Positions 52,810 through 61,006 of a stretch of 64,000 bases of DNA are shown piece by piece. Made by a program: the position numbers and the translations under genes. Numbering within the stretch: the stretch's first letter is position 1; the number at the start of each line of letters is the position of its first letter. The notes beneath the pieces are model-generated. The model was not told the DNA's origin, did no database searches, and was given only the letters and a program-made list of their open reading frames with translations. Source of the DNA: an uncultured Akkermansia sp. (GTDB lineage Bacteria > Verrucomicrobiota > Verrucomicrobiia > Verrucomicrobiales > V1-33). The DNA is taken from contig CAZFZN010000003.1 of assembly GCA_964523105.1 (NCBI GenBank), forward strand, positions 251,707-315,706, given 5' to 3'.

Positions 52810-53094
52810 ATGACATCACTGCTGACAGAACCGGAAATCGCGGCGCGCCTTGCGCAGGTGCCGGCGTGGTCGCGTGAGGGGAAGGAGATCACGCGCACGG
52901 TGAAGCTGAAGAACTTCGCGGAGGCGATGAGGTTTGTGAACGCCGTGGCGGAGATCGCGGAGCGTCGAAATCATCACCCTGACATCACGATCCGCTGGAA
53001 CAAAGTCACGCTGACGCTGAGCACGCACAGCGCCGGCGGCCTGACGGAAAAGGATTTTGCCGCCGCGGCGGAGTTCGATCAGGCGGCGGACTGA
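52810..53094 (+). CDS. phhB: 4a-hydroxytetrahydrobiopterin dehydratase (pterin-4-alpha-carbinolamine dehydratase)
   Basis: 94 aa. The sequence F..A..FVNAVAEIAERRNHHPDI...WNKVTLTLSTHSAGGLTEKDF is the hallmark core. Confidence 0.85.
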   Translation: MTSLLTEPEIAARLAQVPAWSREGKEITRTVKLKNFAEAMRFVNAVAEIAERRNHHPDITIRWNKVTLTLSTHSAGGLTEKDFAAAAEFDQAAD

Positions 53095-53660
53095 GTTGGC
53101 TGCCGGGCCGGCTGCTGCGCGAAGTGCATGCGCACCGATTCCGCGATCCCATAGGCCGCCTCGTCGGGCGTCAGTTCGCCGGTGTCGGCCTCAAGGTCGC
53201 AGGCGGCTTCGTAAAGCGGGCGGCGCTTTTCGAGCAGGTCGTGCACGGTCTGCCGGGGATTGGGCGTGCGGAGCAGGGGACGGCCGCGGTTGCGCGAGAC
53301 GCGGTGCCAGAGGGCGGGCTCCGGCAGGTCGAGCCAGATGACGTAGCCCAGCGCGCGCAGTTTGGGAATGTTGTCAGGGACTGTGACCACGCCGCCACCC
53401 GTGGAGACGACCATGTGCTGCCGCGTGAGCAGTTCGTCGAGCACGGCGGACTCGATGCGGCGGAATCCGGCTTCGCCGTCCCGGGCGAAGATTTCCGGAA
53501 TGGAGCAGCCGGCCTTTCTGACGATCAGTTCGTCCATGTCCACGAACTTGAGTCCCAGCATCTGCGCGAGCCGCGCCCCGAGCGTGGTTTTCCCGCAGCC
53601 CATGAAGCCGATGAGGACGACATTGAGCGGCGTGCGGCGCGGGGCGGCGTCGGGTGTCAT
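53079..53660 (-). CDS. aroK: shikimate kinase
   Basis: I moved the start to ATG 53660. The motifs are the Walker A LIGFMGCGKTTLG, FVDMDELI, FRRIESAVL and VVSTGGGVV. The 3' end overlaps phhB by 16 nt (convergent). Confidence 0.85.
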   Translation of the reverse strand: MTPDAAPRRTPLNVVLIGFMGCGKTTLGARLAQMLGLKFVDMDELIVRKAGCSIPEIFARDGEAGFRRIESAVLDELLTRQHMVVSTGGGVVTVPDNIPKLRALGYVIWLDLPEPALWHRVSRNRGRPLLRTPNPRQTVHDLLEKRRPLYEAACDLEADTGELTPDEAAYGIAESVRMHFAQQPARQPTQSAA

Positions 53661-53781
53661 GCGGGACACTGTGGGAAGCCGGGGCGAAATCACAAGTCCC
53701 GGAGTGGGGTGTGCGCCCGCCGCGCGAAGGCCGCATCCCGGCTTGCGGCTCTCACAGAAATGACGCATCCGTTTCGCGCTC

Positions 53782-56700
53782 ATGGCGACAGCGGATGACA
53801 CGACTGCGATGCGCTTCGGAAATTACGAAGTGCTGACAAGGCCCGACGGCAAACCAGATGAACTGGGACGCGGCGGGTTTGGACGCACGTACCGGGCGCG
53901 GCACATCTTTCTCGGCACCGAGGTGGCGCTCAAGGTGATCATCGACCGGCTTGCGTTCGACGAGACGGCGAAGAAGCGGTTTCTCAAAGAGGCGCGCGAG
54001 GCGGCGCGGCTCAATCACCCGGGCATCGCCCGCATCACTGACTTCGGCGAGGAGGAGGGCACGTTTTTCTACGCGATGGATCTGTGCCGCGACGGCGATC
54101 TGAAGGAATACGTGCGCCGCCGCGGGCCGCTGCCGCCGGCGGAGGCGCTGGAACTGATTCGCCAGACGGCGGAGGCGCTGAGCTATGCGCACGGTCACGG
54201 CATTCTGCACCGCGACATCAAGCCGTCGAATCTGCTCATCGTGATGGACAGCGGCACGCCGCAGGTGAAATTGATAGACTTCGGACTGGTGCGCCGCATT
54301 GCCCACAACGCGGACGAGACGATGGAGGCGGCCTCGCCTTCGCAGTGGTCGCCGGTCTTTGCCAGCCCGGAGCAGATTCGCGAACTGCCGCTGGACGAGC
54401 GCACGGATATTTTCTCGCTGGGCATGACCGCGTGGTATTTGCTGCGGGGCAGCGGGCCGGTGGACGGCAGCACGCATGAAATCGTGGCCGAGCGGCTCGG
54501 TTCCGAAAGCTATGAATCCCGGCTGCCCGCCTCGCTCCAGGGCGTGACGCGCCGCGTCGTGGCCCGCATGGTGGAGAAGGCCGCGGACCGCCGCTATCGC
54601 CAGTGTTCCGAACTGCTCGACGACCTGCGGCACGCCCTGAGCGGCACCCCGGCGGAGCCGCCGCGCGGCGTGCAGAGCATGGCGGAGCGGTTCGTGCTGC
54701 AGCCGGCGGGGCGCGAGTACGCCGGCGAGGTTTTTCGCGGTCACGAAACGACCACAGGCCGGCCCGTGCGCGTCACCCGGGTGCACCGGGAGCATGAGCC
54801 GGAAACTCTCGCGGCGGCGGCCGAAAAAGTCAGGGCGCTCGCGGCGGCCGGAGCGCCGGGCCTCATTCCTCTGCTCGAAATGTCGGAGTTCTCCGACGGC
54901 ATGGCCATTATCGAGGAGGAAGTGTCAGGCCGGAGTGTGGAGGAAACCCTGCGCCGTGAAGGTGCGGTGCCGCTGGCGAAGCTGGCGACGATCCTGTGGG
55001 ATGCGGCGACTGGAGTGGACACGGCCGTGAAGTGCGGCGCCGTGCCGGGCACGCTGGATCAGGCCATGTTCACCGGGGTGGACCGCAGTCCGGTGGACTG
55101 GAATGCGGCGCAGATTTTTTTCCCCGTGAAAGTGATCGCGGATACTGCGGACTGGGTGCGGGAGGCGGACGTGACCGCTGCGCCCGTGCCGGCTTCGCCG
55201 CTGAAGTCGTTCGCCAGCCTCGTCTATCTCGGCGTGGGCGGCCGGCATGTCAGGCCCCAGGCGCTGCATTCCTCCTCCGCCTGTATTCCGATCCCTGGAC
55301 TCAGCGCGGGCGGGAATCGCCTCCTGGCCGGTGCTTTGTCAGGAGAATCACAGCCGGAGAACTGCCTCGCGCTGCTGCAGTCGCTGCTCGCTGCGGAGGC
55401 GGTGCCGGCCGAGAGTGTGGCGCGGCGATCGCGCGAGCGTCAGCACCGGATTGCGGTGGACCGCTCCGCCACCGCGGAGCGTGCCGCCCGCACCACCACC
55501 GGCACCCGCACTGCGACCGCCGCCGCGCGCACCGCCACCGCCGCGCGCACTGCCACGGCCCCTCCGCCTCTGCCGCCGGAGGCGCCGCCAGCCACTGGCA
55601 TTACCGAAACGGTGCGCATGGAGTTTCTCGGCCGCATCGAGGCCAGCGCGCGCCAGGCGAAGGAGCATGCCAACGAAACACTCCGCGTGAAGCTGCCGCC
55701 CGGACGCGATGATGCAGAACTCTGCCAGTTTCAAATCGAGGCGCGCAAATGGGCCCGGGAAGCCGCTTCCGTGCACCAGCACGCGCAGGAAATGACGGCG
55801 GCGGGAACTCTCCATGCCGCCGCGGTGAAAGACCTGACCGATTCCGCCGCCGCCGCGGCCGCGGAAGTGGCGCGCCTGCTCGCCATGGCGCGCGGTCTCG
55901 CCGCGGATGTCCATGTGCCGGTCGAGGAAACCCAGTACGAGCCGCTGTCGGCCACGGTGCCGGTGCCGCCATCGGTTCCGCTGATGGATGCGCCCGCGCC
56001 GCTGCCGCAACCCGCGCCGCCGGGCGGAGTGCCTTTCCCGCGGCACGAAATGCCGCCCCAGCCTCCTCCTCCGGAGATTCACGCCGCCTCTGCGCCGCCT
56101 GAACTGCGGCCGGTCCGCCATGAGCCGGCGCCACCGGCTCCGGTTCCCCTGACACCGCTCCCCACCGTTCCGAAAAAGGGGAATCCCATGGTGGCGGCTT
56201 CCATCGTCCTCCTGCTCTGCGCCCTCGGCGCCGGCGGATGGTATTATTACGAGTTCCACTGGAAAAAGAAATCCGGCGCCACCGTCGTGGCGGACAACAC
56301 CCCGCCCCGGGAAAACGGCAAAGGCAACGGCCCCGACAAAGAACCGGTGAAGGACCCTGTCAAAGATCCGGTCAAGGATCCCGTGAAGGATCCCGTCAGC
56401 ATTTCCACTCCGCCTCCGCCGCCTCCGCCGTCGAAGCGCGAAGTGGTCGTCATGTTCACCGGTGACCTGCCGGAGAGTGACGACGTCTCCTTTCGCGGGG
56501 TGAAGAACAAGCCGCCGATGACGAAGTCCGGCGGCGGTGCGGTCTTCGCATTCGAACTCGAGCCCGGTGCGCCGGACCCCGAGCCCATTGTCAACGGCGA
56601 GCGGTTTTCCAGCACGCTGGTGAGCCGTGAGTCCGACCGCATCACCTACAAACTCAAGCGCCAGCTGCCGCCCAACAAGCTGCGCCTCCTTGGCATCGAG

Positions 56701-57180
56701 GCGCGCGATCCCGCTAGTGTCACCATCGGCGGCAGAAGCGGAAAAATGGAGGACGACGAACTCGTTTTCGAGCGCGCCGCCGACGACAAAGGGAATTTCA
56801 CCCTCGATACCCCGGCATGGATCGTCGTGGACAAACCCGAGTGGGCCGGCCCGGGCGAGTGGGAGGCGGAAATGGAACTGGCGCTTCAGGAGGTGACACT
56901 CAAAGCCGGTGCCAAAGTCCCGTGGCGCGCCGTCATTTTCACCGCCGTGAACCCCTCCGTGCTGCCGGACCTCGGCGACTATTCCGGCGACCTCGGCGCC
57001 TCCAGCGCCGGTGCCTCGGATGTGAAATTCGATTTCATCTCCGGGGTGCTCGATTCCGTGGTGCTGCCCGCCGGAGACTGGAAAGTGACCTGGCAAAGCG
57101 GTGACACCTCCACACCCGACAAGGATGGCGGGACGTTCACCGTCAAATACGGGGAACAGTCGAATCTGACAGTTCCCTGA
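53782..57180 (+). CDS. Ser/Thr protein kinase followed by a degenerate kinase-like region, low-complexity linkers, a TM segment and a beta-rich extracytoplasmic C-terminal region
   Basis: The kinase motifs are GRGGFGRTY, VALKVI, HRDIKPSN, DFGLVR and ASPEQ. A second region (YAGEVFRGHETTTGRPVRV...LIPLLE..AIIEEEVSGRSVEE) lacks the HRD and DFG motifs. ARTATA and KDPV repeats are present. The TM segment is MVAASIVLLLCALGAGGWYYY. Confidence 0.85.
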   Translation: MATADDTTAMRFGNYEVLTRPDGKPDELGRGGFGRTYRARHIFLGTEVALKVIIDRLAFDETAKKRFLKEAREAARLNHPGIARITDFGEEEGTFFYAMDLCRDGDLKEYVRRRGPLPPAEALELIRQTAEALSYAHGHGILHRDIKPSNLLIVMDSGTPQVKLIDFGLVRRIAHNADETMEAASPSQWSPVFASPEQIRELPLDERTDIFSLGMTAWYLLRGSGPVDGSTHEIVAERLGSESYESRLPASLQGVTRRVVARMVEKAADRRYRQCSELLDDLRHALSGTPAEPPRGVQSMAERFVLQPAGREYAGEVFRGHETTTGRPVRVTRVHREHEPETLAAAAEKVRALAAAGAPGLIPLLEMSEFSDGMAIIEEEVSGRSVEETLRREGAVPLAKLATILWDAATGVDTAVKCGAVPGTLDQAMFTGVDRSPVDWNAAQIFFPVKVIADTADWVREADVTAAPVPASPLKSFASLVYLGVGGRHVRPQALHSSSACIPIPGLSAGGNRLLAGALSGESQPENCLALLQSLLAAEAVPAESVARRSRERQHRIAVDRSATAERAARTTTGTRTATAAARTATAARTATAPPPLPPEAPPATGITETVRMEFLGRIEASARQAKEHANETLRVKLPPGRDDAELCQFQIEARKWAREAASVHQHAQEMTAAGTLHAAAVKDLTDSAAAAAAEVARLLAMARGLAADVHVPVEETQYEPLSATVPVPPSVPLMDAPAPLPQPAPPGGVPFPRHEMPPQPPPPEIHAASAPPELRPVRHEPAPPAPVPLTPLPTVPKKGNPMVAASIVLLLCALGAGGWYYYEFHWKKKSGATVVADNTPPRENGKGNGPDKEPVKDPVKDPVKDPVKDPVSISTPPPPPPPSKREVVVMFTGDLPESDDVSFRGVKNKPPMTKSGGGAVFAFELEPGAPDPEPIVNGERFSSTLVSRESDRITYKLKRQLPPNKLRLLGIEARDPASVTIGGRSGKMEDDELVFERAADDKGNFTLDTPAWIVVDKPEWAGPGEWEAEMELALQEVTLKAGAKVPWRAVIFTAVNPSVLPDLGDYSGDLGASSAGASDVKFDFISGVLDSVVLPAGDWKVTWQSGDTSTPDKDGGTFTVKYGEQSNLTVP
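56338..56397. repeat. 5 x 12-bp tandem repeat encoding K(E/D)PV
   Basis: The units aaagaaccggtg aaggaccctgtc aaagatccggtc aaggatcccgtg aaggatcccgtc were read directly from the sequence. Confidence 0.85.
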
Positions 57181-57263
57181 CCTCCTCCCCGGACTTCGGC
57201 GGCACATATTCCGCAAACCAAACCCCTTGCCTCGCCCGGGCAGGTGTGACACTACCCCGTAAC

Positions 57264-57647
57264 ATGGTCACCAAGCTGCTCCACACCCGCTACCGCGTGC
57301 AGGACCTCGACCGGACGATCGCTTTTTACAAAGACGTGCTCGGTCTGGAGGAGGTGCGCCGTCATGAGTCGCCGCGCGGGTCGGTGCTCGTGTTTCTCAA
57401 GGCTCCGCACAGCGAGGAACAGATCGAAATCTGCAAATACGACGCCAGCGGGCCGGTGGTGGTCGGCCCGGACCTGACACATCTCGCCTTCGAAGTGCCG
57501 GACCTCGCCGCCTTCGCCGCACATGCCGCCGCGAAGGGGTACCCGCTTTCAGACGGCCCCACCACCACTTCCACCGGCACCACGTTCGCCTTTATCGATG
57601 CGCCGGAGGGTTACGAAATCGAACTCATCCAGCGCCGCACTGACTGA
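57264..57647 (+). CDS. VOC-family protein (glyoxalase I / lactoylglutathione lyase-like)
   Basis: ATG at 57264. The motifs are LLHTRYRVQDLDRTIAFYKDVLGL, THLAFEV and DAPEGYEIELIQ. Confidence 0.75.
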   Translation: MVTKLLHTRYRVQDLDRTIAFYKDVLGLEEVRRHESPRGSVLVFLKAPHSEEQIEICKYDASGPVVVGPDLTHLAFEVPDLAAFAAHAAAKGYPLSDGPTTTSTGTTFAFIDAPEGYEIELIQRRTD

Positions 57648-57648
57648 T

Positions 57649-57927
57649 ATGGATTTTGACTGGATAGACCCGCCGTTCGACCTGAAGAAAATCTCGCCGC
57701 GCGAGATTGAGGAGAGTTTCGAGGATCCGTTTTCGCTCCGTCTGCTGCCGGAAAATGAATCCGCCGGCGGCGAATCACGCTTCTTCTGCCTCGGCAAGTC
57801 GGTCGGCAACCTGCCGGTGTTCAGTGTTTTCTGGACGGACGGGAAAAAATACCGCGTCCTGTGTGCGCGGGAGATGACGCCGGAGGAACTGAGTTTTTAC
57901 GAGCGCCGCAATTCTGAGCTGTCCTGA
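57649..57927 (+). CDS. brnT: BrnT-family (DUF497) type II toxin
   Basis: ATG at 57649, 1 nt after the upstream stop. The sequence MDFDWIDPPFDLKKISPREIEESFEDPF...GKKYRVLCAREMTPEE is DUF497-like. Confidence 0.75.
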   Translation: MDFDWIDPPFDLKKISPREIEESFEDPFSLRLLPENESAGGESRFFCLGKSVGNLPVFSVFWTDGKKYRVLCAREMTPEELSFYERRNSELS

Positions 57928-57929
57928 CC

Positions 57930-58214
57930 ATGAATAAGATCACCGATTGGCGCACCATTCCGCAGTTTGAAAGCGAGGAGGAGGAAGCCGCCTTCTGGAT
58001 GCAGCACCAGATCGAGGCCCGACTCATGAGCGCGGCACTGCACCGGCCGGATGTGCGCGAGAGCACCACGATCACGCTGCGATTCGATCCGCGCATGCTC
58101 GCCCGCATCAAGCGACTCGCCCGCAGCCGCTATTTGAACTATCAAAGCATGATCAAGCAGTGGCTCAGCGAGCGGCTGGAGAATGAAATGCAGGGCGGGG
58201 GAGGATCGAGGTAA
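57930..58214 (+). CDS. brnA: BrnA-family antitoxin (RHH-like C-terminus)
   Basis: It starts 2 nt after the brnT stop. The motifs are FESEEEEAAFW, ITLRFDPRMLARIKRLARSRYLNYQSMIKQWLSERL. Confidence 0.75.
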   Translation: MNKITDWRTIPQFESEEEEAAFWMQHQIEARLMSAALHRPDVRESTTITLRFDPRMLARIKRLARSRYLNYQSMIKQWLSERLENEMQGGGGSR

Positions 58215-58215
58215 T

Positions 58216-59337
58216 TCACCCCGCCAGAATCGCGGCGTCCCAGTCCTTCCACACCGGATCGAAGCCCCGGCCGCGCAGCATCCGTGCAATTTCCTCCGGC
58301 GAACGGTGATCCGCGATGTCGAACTGACCGGTGGCGCTGTCGCAGGCGGAGCGCTGCTCCAGTTCCACGCGGCGGCCGCGCACCGTGAGATGCAGATCGT
58401 CGCGCGCCTGGCCGGTGTAGCCGCCCGGTTCGGTGTGGCTGCCGGCGCTCATGCTGGTGATGCCCAGAGGGATCAGGGCATCGCGCAGTTTGGCAGGCTC
58501 CCGCGTGCTGAGCACGATGCCCGTCTGCGGAAAACAAATGCGAAACGCACAGACGAGCTGCACGAAACTGCGGTCGTCGAGCCACGTCCGCGGCTGGAAT
58601 CCGCCCGCTGCCGGTCGCAGGCGCGGGAAGGCCACCGTGTAACTCGCCTTCCACCAGCGCGACTGCATGTATTCGAGATGCGCCGCGAGCGCGAGAGCTT
58701 CGGTCCGCCAGTCCGCGAGGCCAAAGAGTGCGCCCAGCCCGATGCGGCGAAAACCTCCGGCGCAGCCGCGCTCCGGACACTCCAGCCTCCAGTCGAAATC
58801 GCGCTTCGGTCCCGCCGTGTGATACTCCGCATAGGCCGCCCGGTCGTAGGTTTCCTGATAAACGACAAGCCCCTCGGCACCGGCCTCCACCATGCGGCGG
58901 TATTCACCGGTTTCCATCGGCCCGACCTCGATGGCCAGGGTTGGAACGCGGTCGCGCAGTGCCGCGAGGCACTGCTCGAGGTAACCGTTGCTGACAAATT
59001 TCGGATGTTCTCCCGCCACCAGCAGAATGTGCCGGAATCCCTGCGCCAGAAGGTGCTCGGCTTCGCGCACCACCTGATCCACGCCCAGCGTCACCCGCAG
59101 AATGGGATTGTCGCGTGAGAAACCGCAGTAGGCGCAGTTGTTCACGCACTCATTCGAGAGATAGAGCGGCGCGAACAGCCGCATCGTCTTCCCGAAATGC
59201 TGCCGCGTCAGCCGCGCCGCCTCCGCCGCCATCGCCTCCAGTTCCGCCGGCGATTTCGGTCCGAGCCACTGCTCCATGCGGCGGAGCAGCGCGGACTTCT
59301 CCTGCGGCAGGCGGTTGAAAGTTTCGACGAAGGTCAT
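58216..59337 (-). CDS. thiH: 2-iminoacetate synthase ThiH (radical SAM)
   Basis: ATG at 59337. The motifs are YLSNECVNNCAYCGF (the CxxxCxxC cluster), QETYD...Y...H..GPK.DF.WR and MSAGS.T.PGGY. Confidence 0.85.
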   Translation of the reverse strand: MTFVETFNRLPQEKSALLRRMEQWLGPKSPAELEAMAAEAARLTRQHFGKTMRLFAPLYLSNECVNNCAYCGFSRDNPILRVTLGVDQVVREAEHLLAQGFRHILLVAGEHPKFVSNGYLEQCLAALRDRVPTLAIEVGPMETGEYRRMVEAGAEGLVVYQETYDRAAYAEYHTAGPKRDFDWRLECPERGCAGGFRRIGLGALFGLADWRTEALALAAHLEYMQSRWWKASYTVAFPRLRPAAGGFQPRTWLDDRSFVQLVCAFRICFPQTGIVLSTREPAKLRDALIPLGITSMSAGSHTEPGGYTGQARDDLHLTVRGRRVELEQRSACDSATGQFDIADHRSPEEIARMLRGRGFDPVWKDWDAAILAG

Positions 59338-59395
59338 TTCTCGAAACGAGTCCGCCGCGTCGGTTGTGCAATGAGGAAATCATTTCACCGCACCG

Positions 59396-59581
59396 TTATG
59401 GAGGCGGGATTTCGAGGTCTTTGCAGATTTTCAGTGCGGTGAACTCCTTCACTTCGCTGTGGCGCGGCACCGCTGAGATTCTTCCTCCGCTGCGCTACAC
59501 GTAGAGCGTATGACCGCCTCCCTCGCGCAGCAGTTCGCATCCGTGCCTTTCGAGGTGCCGGATCAACTCACGCCGCTTCAT
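59396..59581 (-). pseudogene. hicA: hicA-family toxin gene disrupted by an in-frame TAG (codon 29)
   Basis: The minus-strand translation from ATG 59581 is MKRRELIRHLERHGCELLREGGGHTLYV*RSGGRISAVPRHSEVKEFTALKICKDLEIPPP*. The TAG is at 59495-59497. The ATG overlaps the hicB stop (ATGA). It is not in the ORF track because both pieces are under 60 aa. Confidence 0.75.
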
Positions 59582-59817
59582 GCAGGAGCGAGGATCAGTT
59601 CTTCACGCTGTGCGTTGCAGCCGGCGGTGTTTTCCTCTGCGAGGAGACGATAACCCTCGATCACCAGTTCCACCGCTTCGCGCAGATTGGCGCGGGCTTC
59701 CTCCAGGGTTTCGCCTTGAGTGTTGGCCCCCGGCAATTCTTCAACGAATGCGGCGTATCCACCCTCGGCGCACGGGACATAGACTGCAGTCAGTTTCATG
59801 GCAGGAGTGTTTGGCAT
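59578..59817 (-). CDS. hicB: HicB-family antitoxin
   Basis: The sequence MKLTAVYVPCAEGGYAAFVEELPGANTQGETLEEARANLREAVELVIE is the typical HicB N-terminal fold pattern. The start is either ATG 59817 or ATG 59799. Confidence 0.75.
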   Translation of the reverse strand: MPNTPAMKLTAVYVPCAEGGYAAFVEELPGANTQGETLEEARANLREAVELVIEGYRLLAEENTAGCNAQREELILAPA

Positions 59818-59850
59818 TGCTGCGGAGTTGCCAAGAGCGAGTCCCCGATG

Positions 59851-60936
59851 TCACTCCCGCCATTCGCTCTCCCCGGGGTAGCACCTCCGCCGGAAGGCAT
59901 CCCTCTGCTGCGGATGCCGGTGCAGCAGCGGGGTATTCGGATACGAACCGAGCAGAATGCATGGGCGTTCGTGAACGGGCCGCGCGGCGTGGCGGTCGTT
60001 GATTTCTTTTTCGGCTTCGGCCACCAGCGGGTCGTCGCAGTGACCTTCGATTTCGGCGAAGAAGAGGTACTCGAACGTCCGCTCCAGTCTTGGATAGGGA
60101 TAAAGCACGGCCACGCTGATGCCGCGTTTGGCGAAGGCTCCCAGAGCGCGGTGCATGGCGCCAGCGGTATCGGGCAAGTTCAGCAGGTAGCAGGTTTTCT
60201 GTACATGGTGATCCACCGTGCCGGTGATCTGCGCCAGCTGGTCGCGTTGCGTGACGGTGATCCGGTTGTGAGGCGGTGCGATGGCCGGCATAGGCCGCGG
60301 TCCCAACACCCAGAACCGGGTGAAGCCCTGGCGAAAATCGGTGAGGCAGGCGGCATCCGGCCATTCCACCCCGGTGCCGTCGAGGCTGACTTCGCGGAGT
60401 TCATTGCCGTGATGCTCCATGGCCTCCGGCGATGCCATCGCGGCGACCGCGGGATCGGCGAGGGCTTCCTTGACTCCCTGACCGGTGCTGAGTGCCTGCG
60501 TAATTTCGATTTCCGGCATCGCCTTCTGCACGGCGGCAAGGAAACGCGAGCACTGGCGCAGGGCGCTGGCGTGACTGGCGATGCGGCGCACGTCGGTCAT
60601 GCGGCCGCTGCGGTTGATGAGCAGGTGGCGGATGGGCAGCAGTTCCTCCCAGCAGATGTAGGGCCGCTGCGGGCGTGCGGTTTCAAAAAGCCGCTCCAGT
60701 TCCCGGATGGACTCGATGATGATGCCGTCGAGCGTGTTCTCCACGGCGATGACTCCGTAATCGATCTCTCCGGCGGCCGCGGCCTGGATGATGTCGGCGT
60801 GTGACTTCATCCCGCACGCGGCGAGTTGCTCCATTCCCCTGACATCCCCGGTCAGATGCGCGGCAAAGCGCGCCGCGGCGGTGTAGCCGTTGGTGAGCGG
60901 AGCCGGAGCGAGGAAGCCGATGCGGGGTGCGGACAT
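59851..60936 (-). CDS. pheA: prephenate dehydratase (PDT + ACT domains)
   Basis: I moved the start to ATG 60936 (MSAPRIGFL). The motifs are YGVIAVENTLDG, IASHASALRQC and TRFWVLG, and the ACT region is LPDTAGAMHRALGAFAKRGIS...FFAEIEGH. Ends LGSYP plus a tail. Confidence 0.75.
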   Translation of the reverse strand: MSAPRIGFLAPAPLTNGYTAAARFAAHLTGDVRGMEQLAACGMKSHADIIQAAAAGEIDYGVIAVENTLDGIIIESIRELERLFETARPQRPYICWEELLPIRHLLINRSGRMTDVRRIASHASALRQCSRFLAAVQKAMPEIEITQALSTGQGVKEALADPAVAAMASPEAMEHHGNELREVSLDGTGVEWPDAACLTDFRQGFTRFWVLGPRPMPAIAPPHNRITVTQRDQLAQITGTVDHHVQKTCYLLNLPDTAGAMHRALGAFAKRGISVAVLYPYPRLERTFEYLFFAEIEGHCDDPLVAEAEKEINDRHAARPVHERPCILLGSYPNTPLLHRHPQQRDAFRRRCYPGESEWRE

Positions 60937-61006
60937 GTTGCCTCGATTCTTGAACAGGAGTGAACAGAGGAAACAGAGAATTGGCGGCAGGCCGGTCTCC
61001 CAGCGG

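Noticed and set aside
53079-53094. 16-nt overlap of convergent phhB and aroK 3' ends, and the 7-nt overlap at 1504-1510
   Set aside because: Short convergent overlaps are common in compact genomes. They are not evidence of a special mechanism.
55348-57252. 634-aa minus-strand ORF antisense to the second kinase gene, and 36275..37351 antisense to the first kinase
   Set aside because: These are antisense artefacts.
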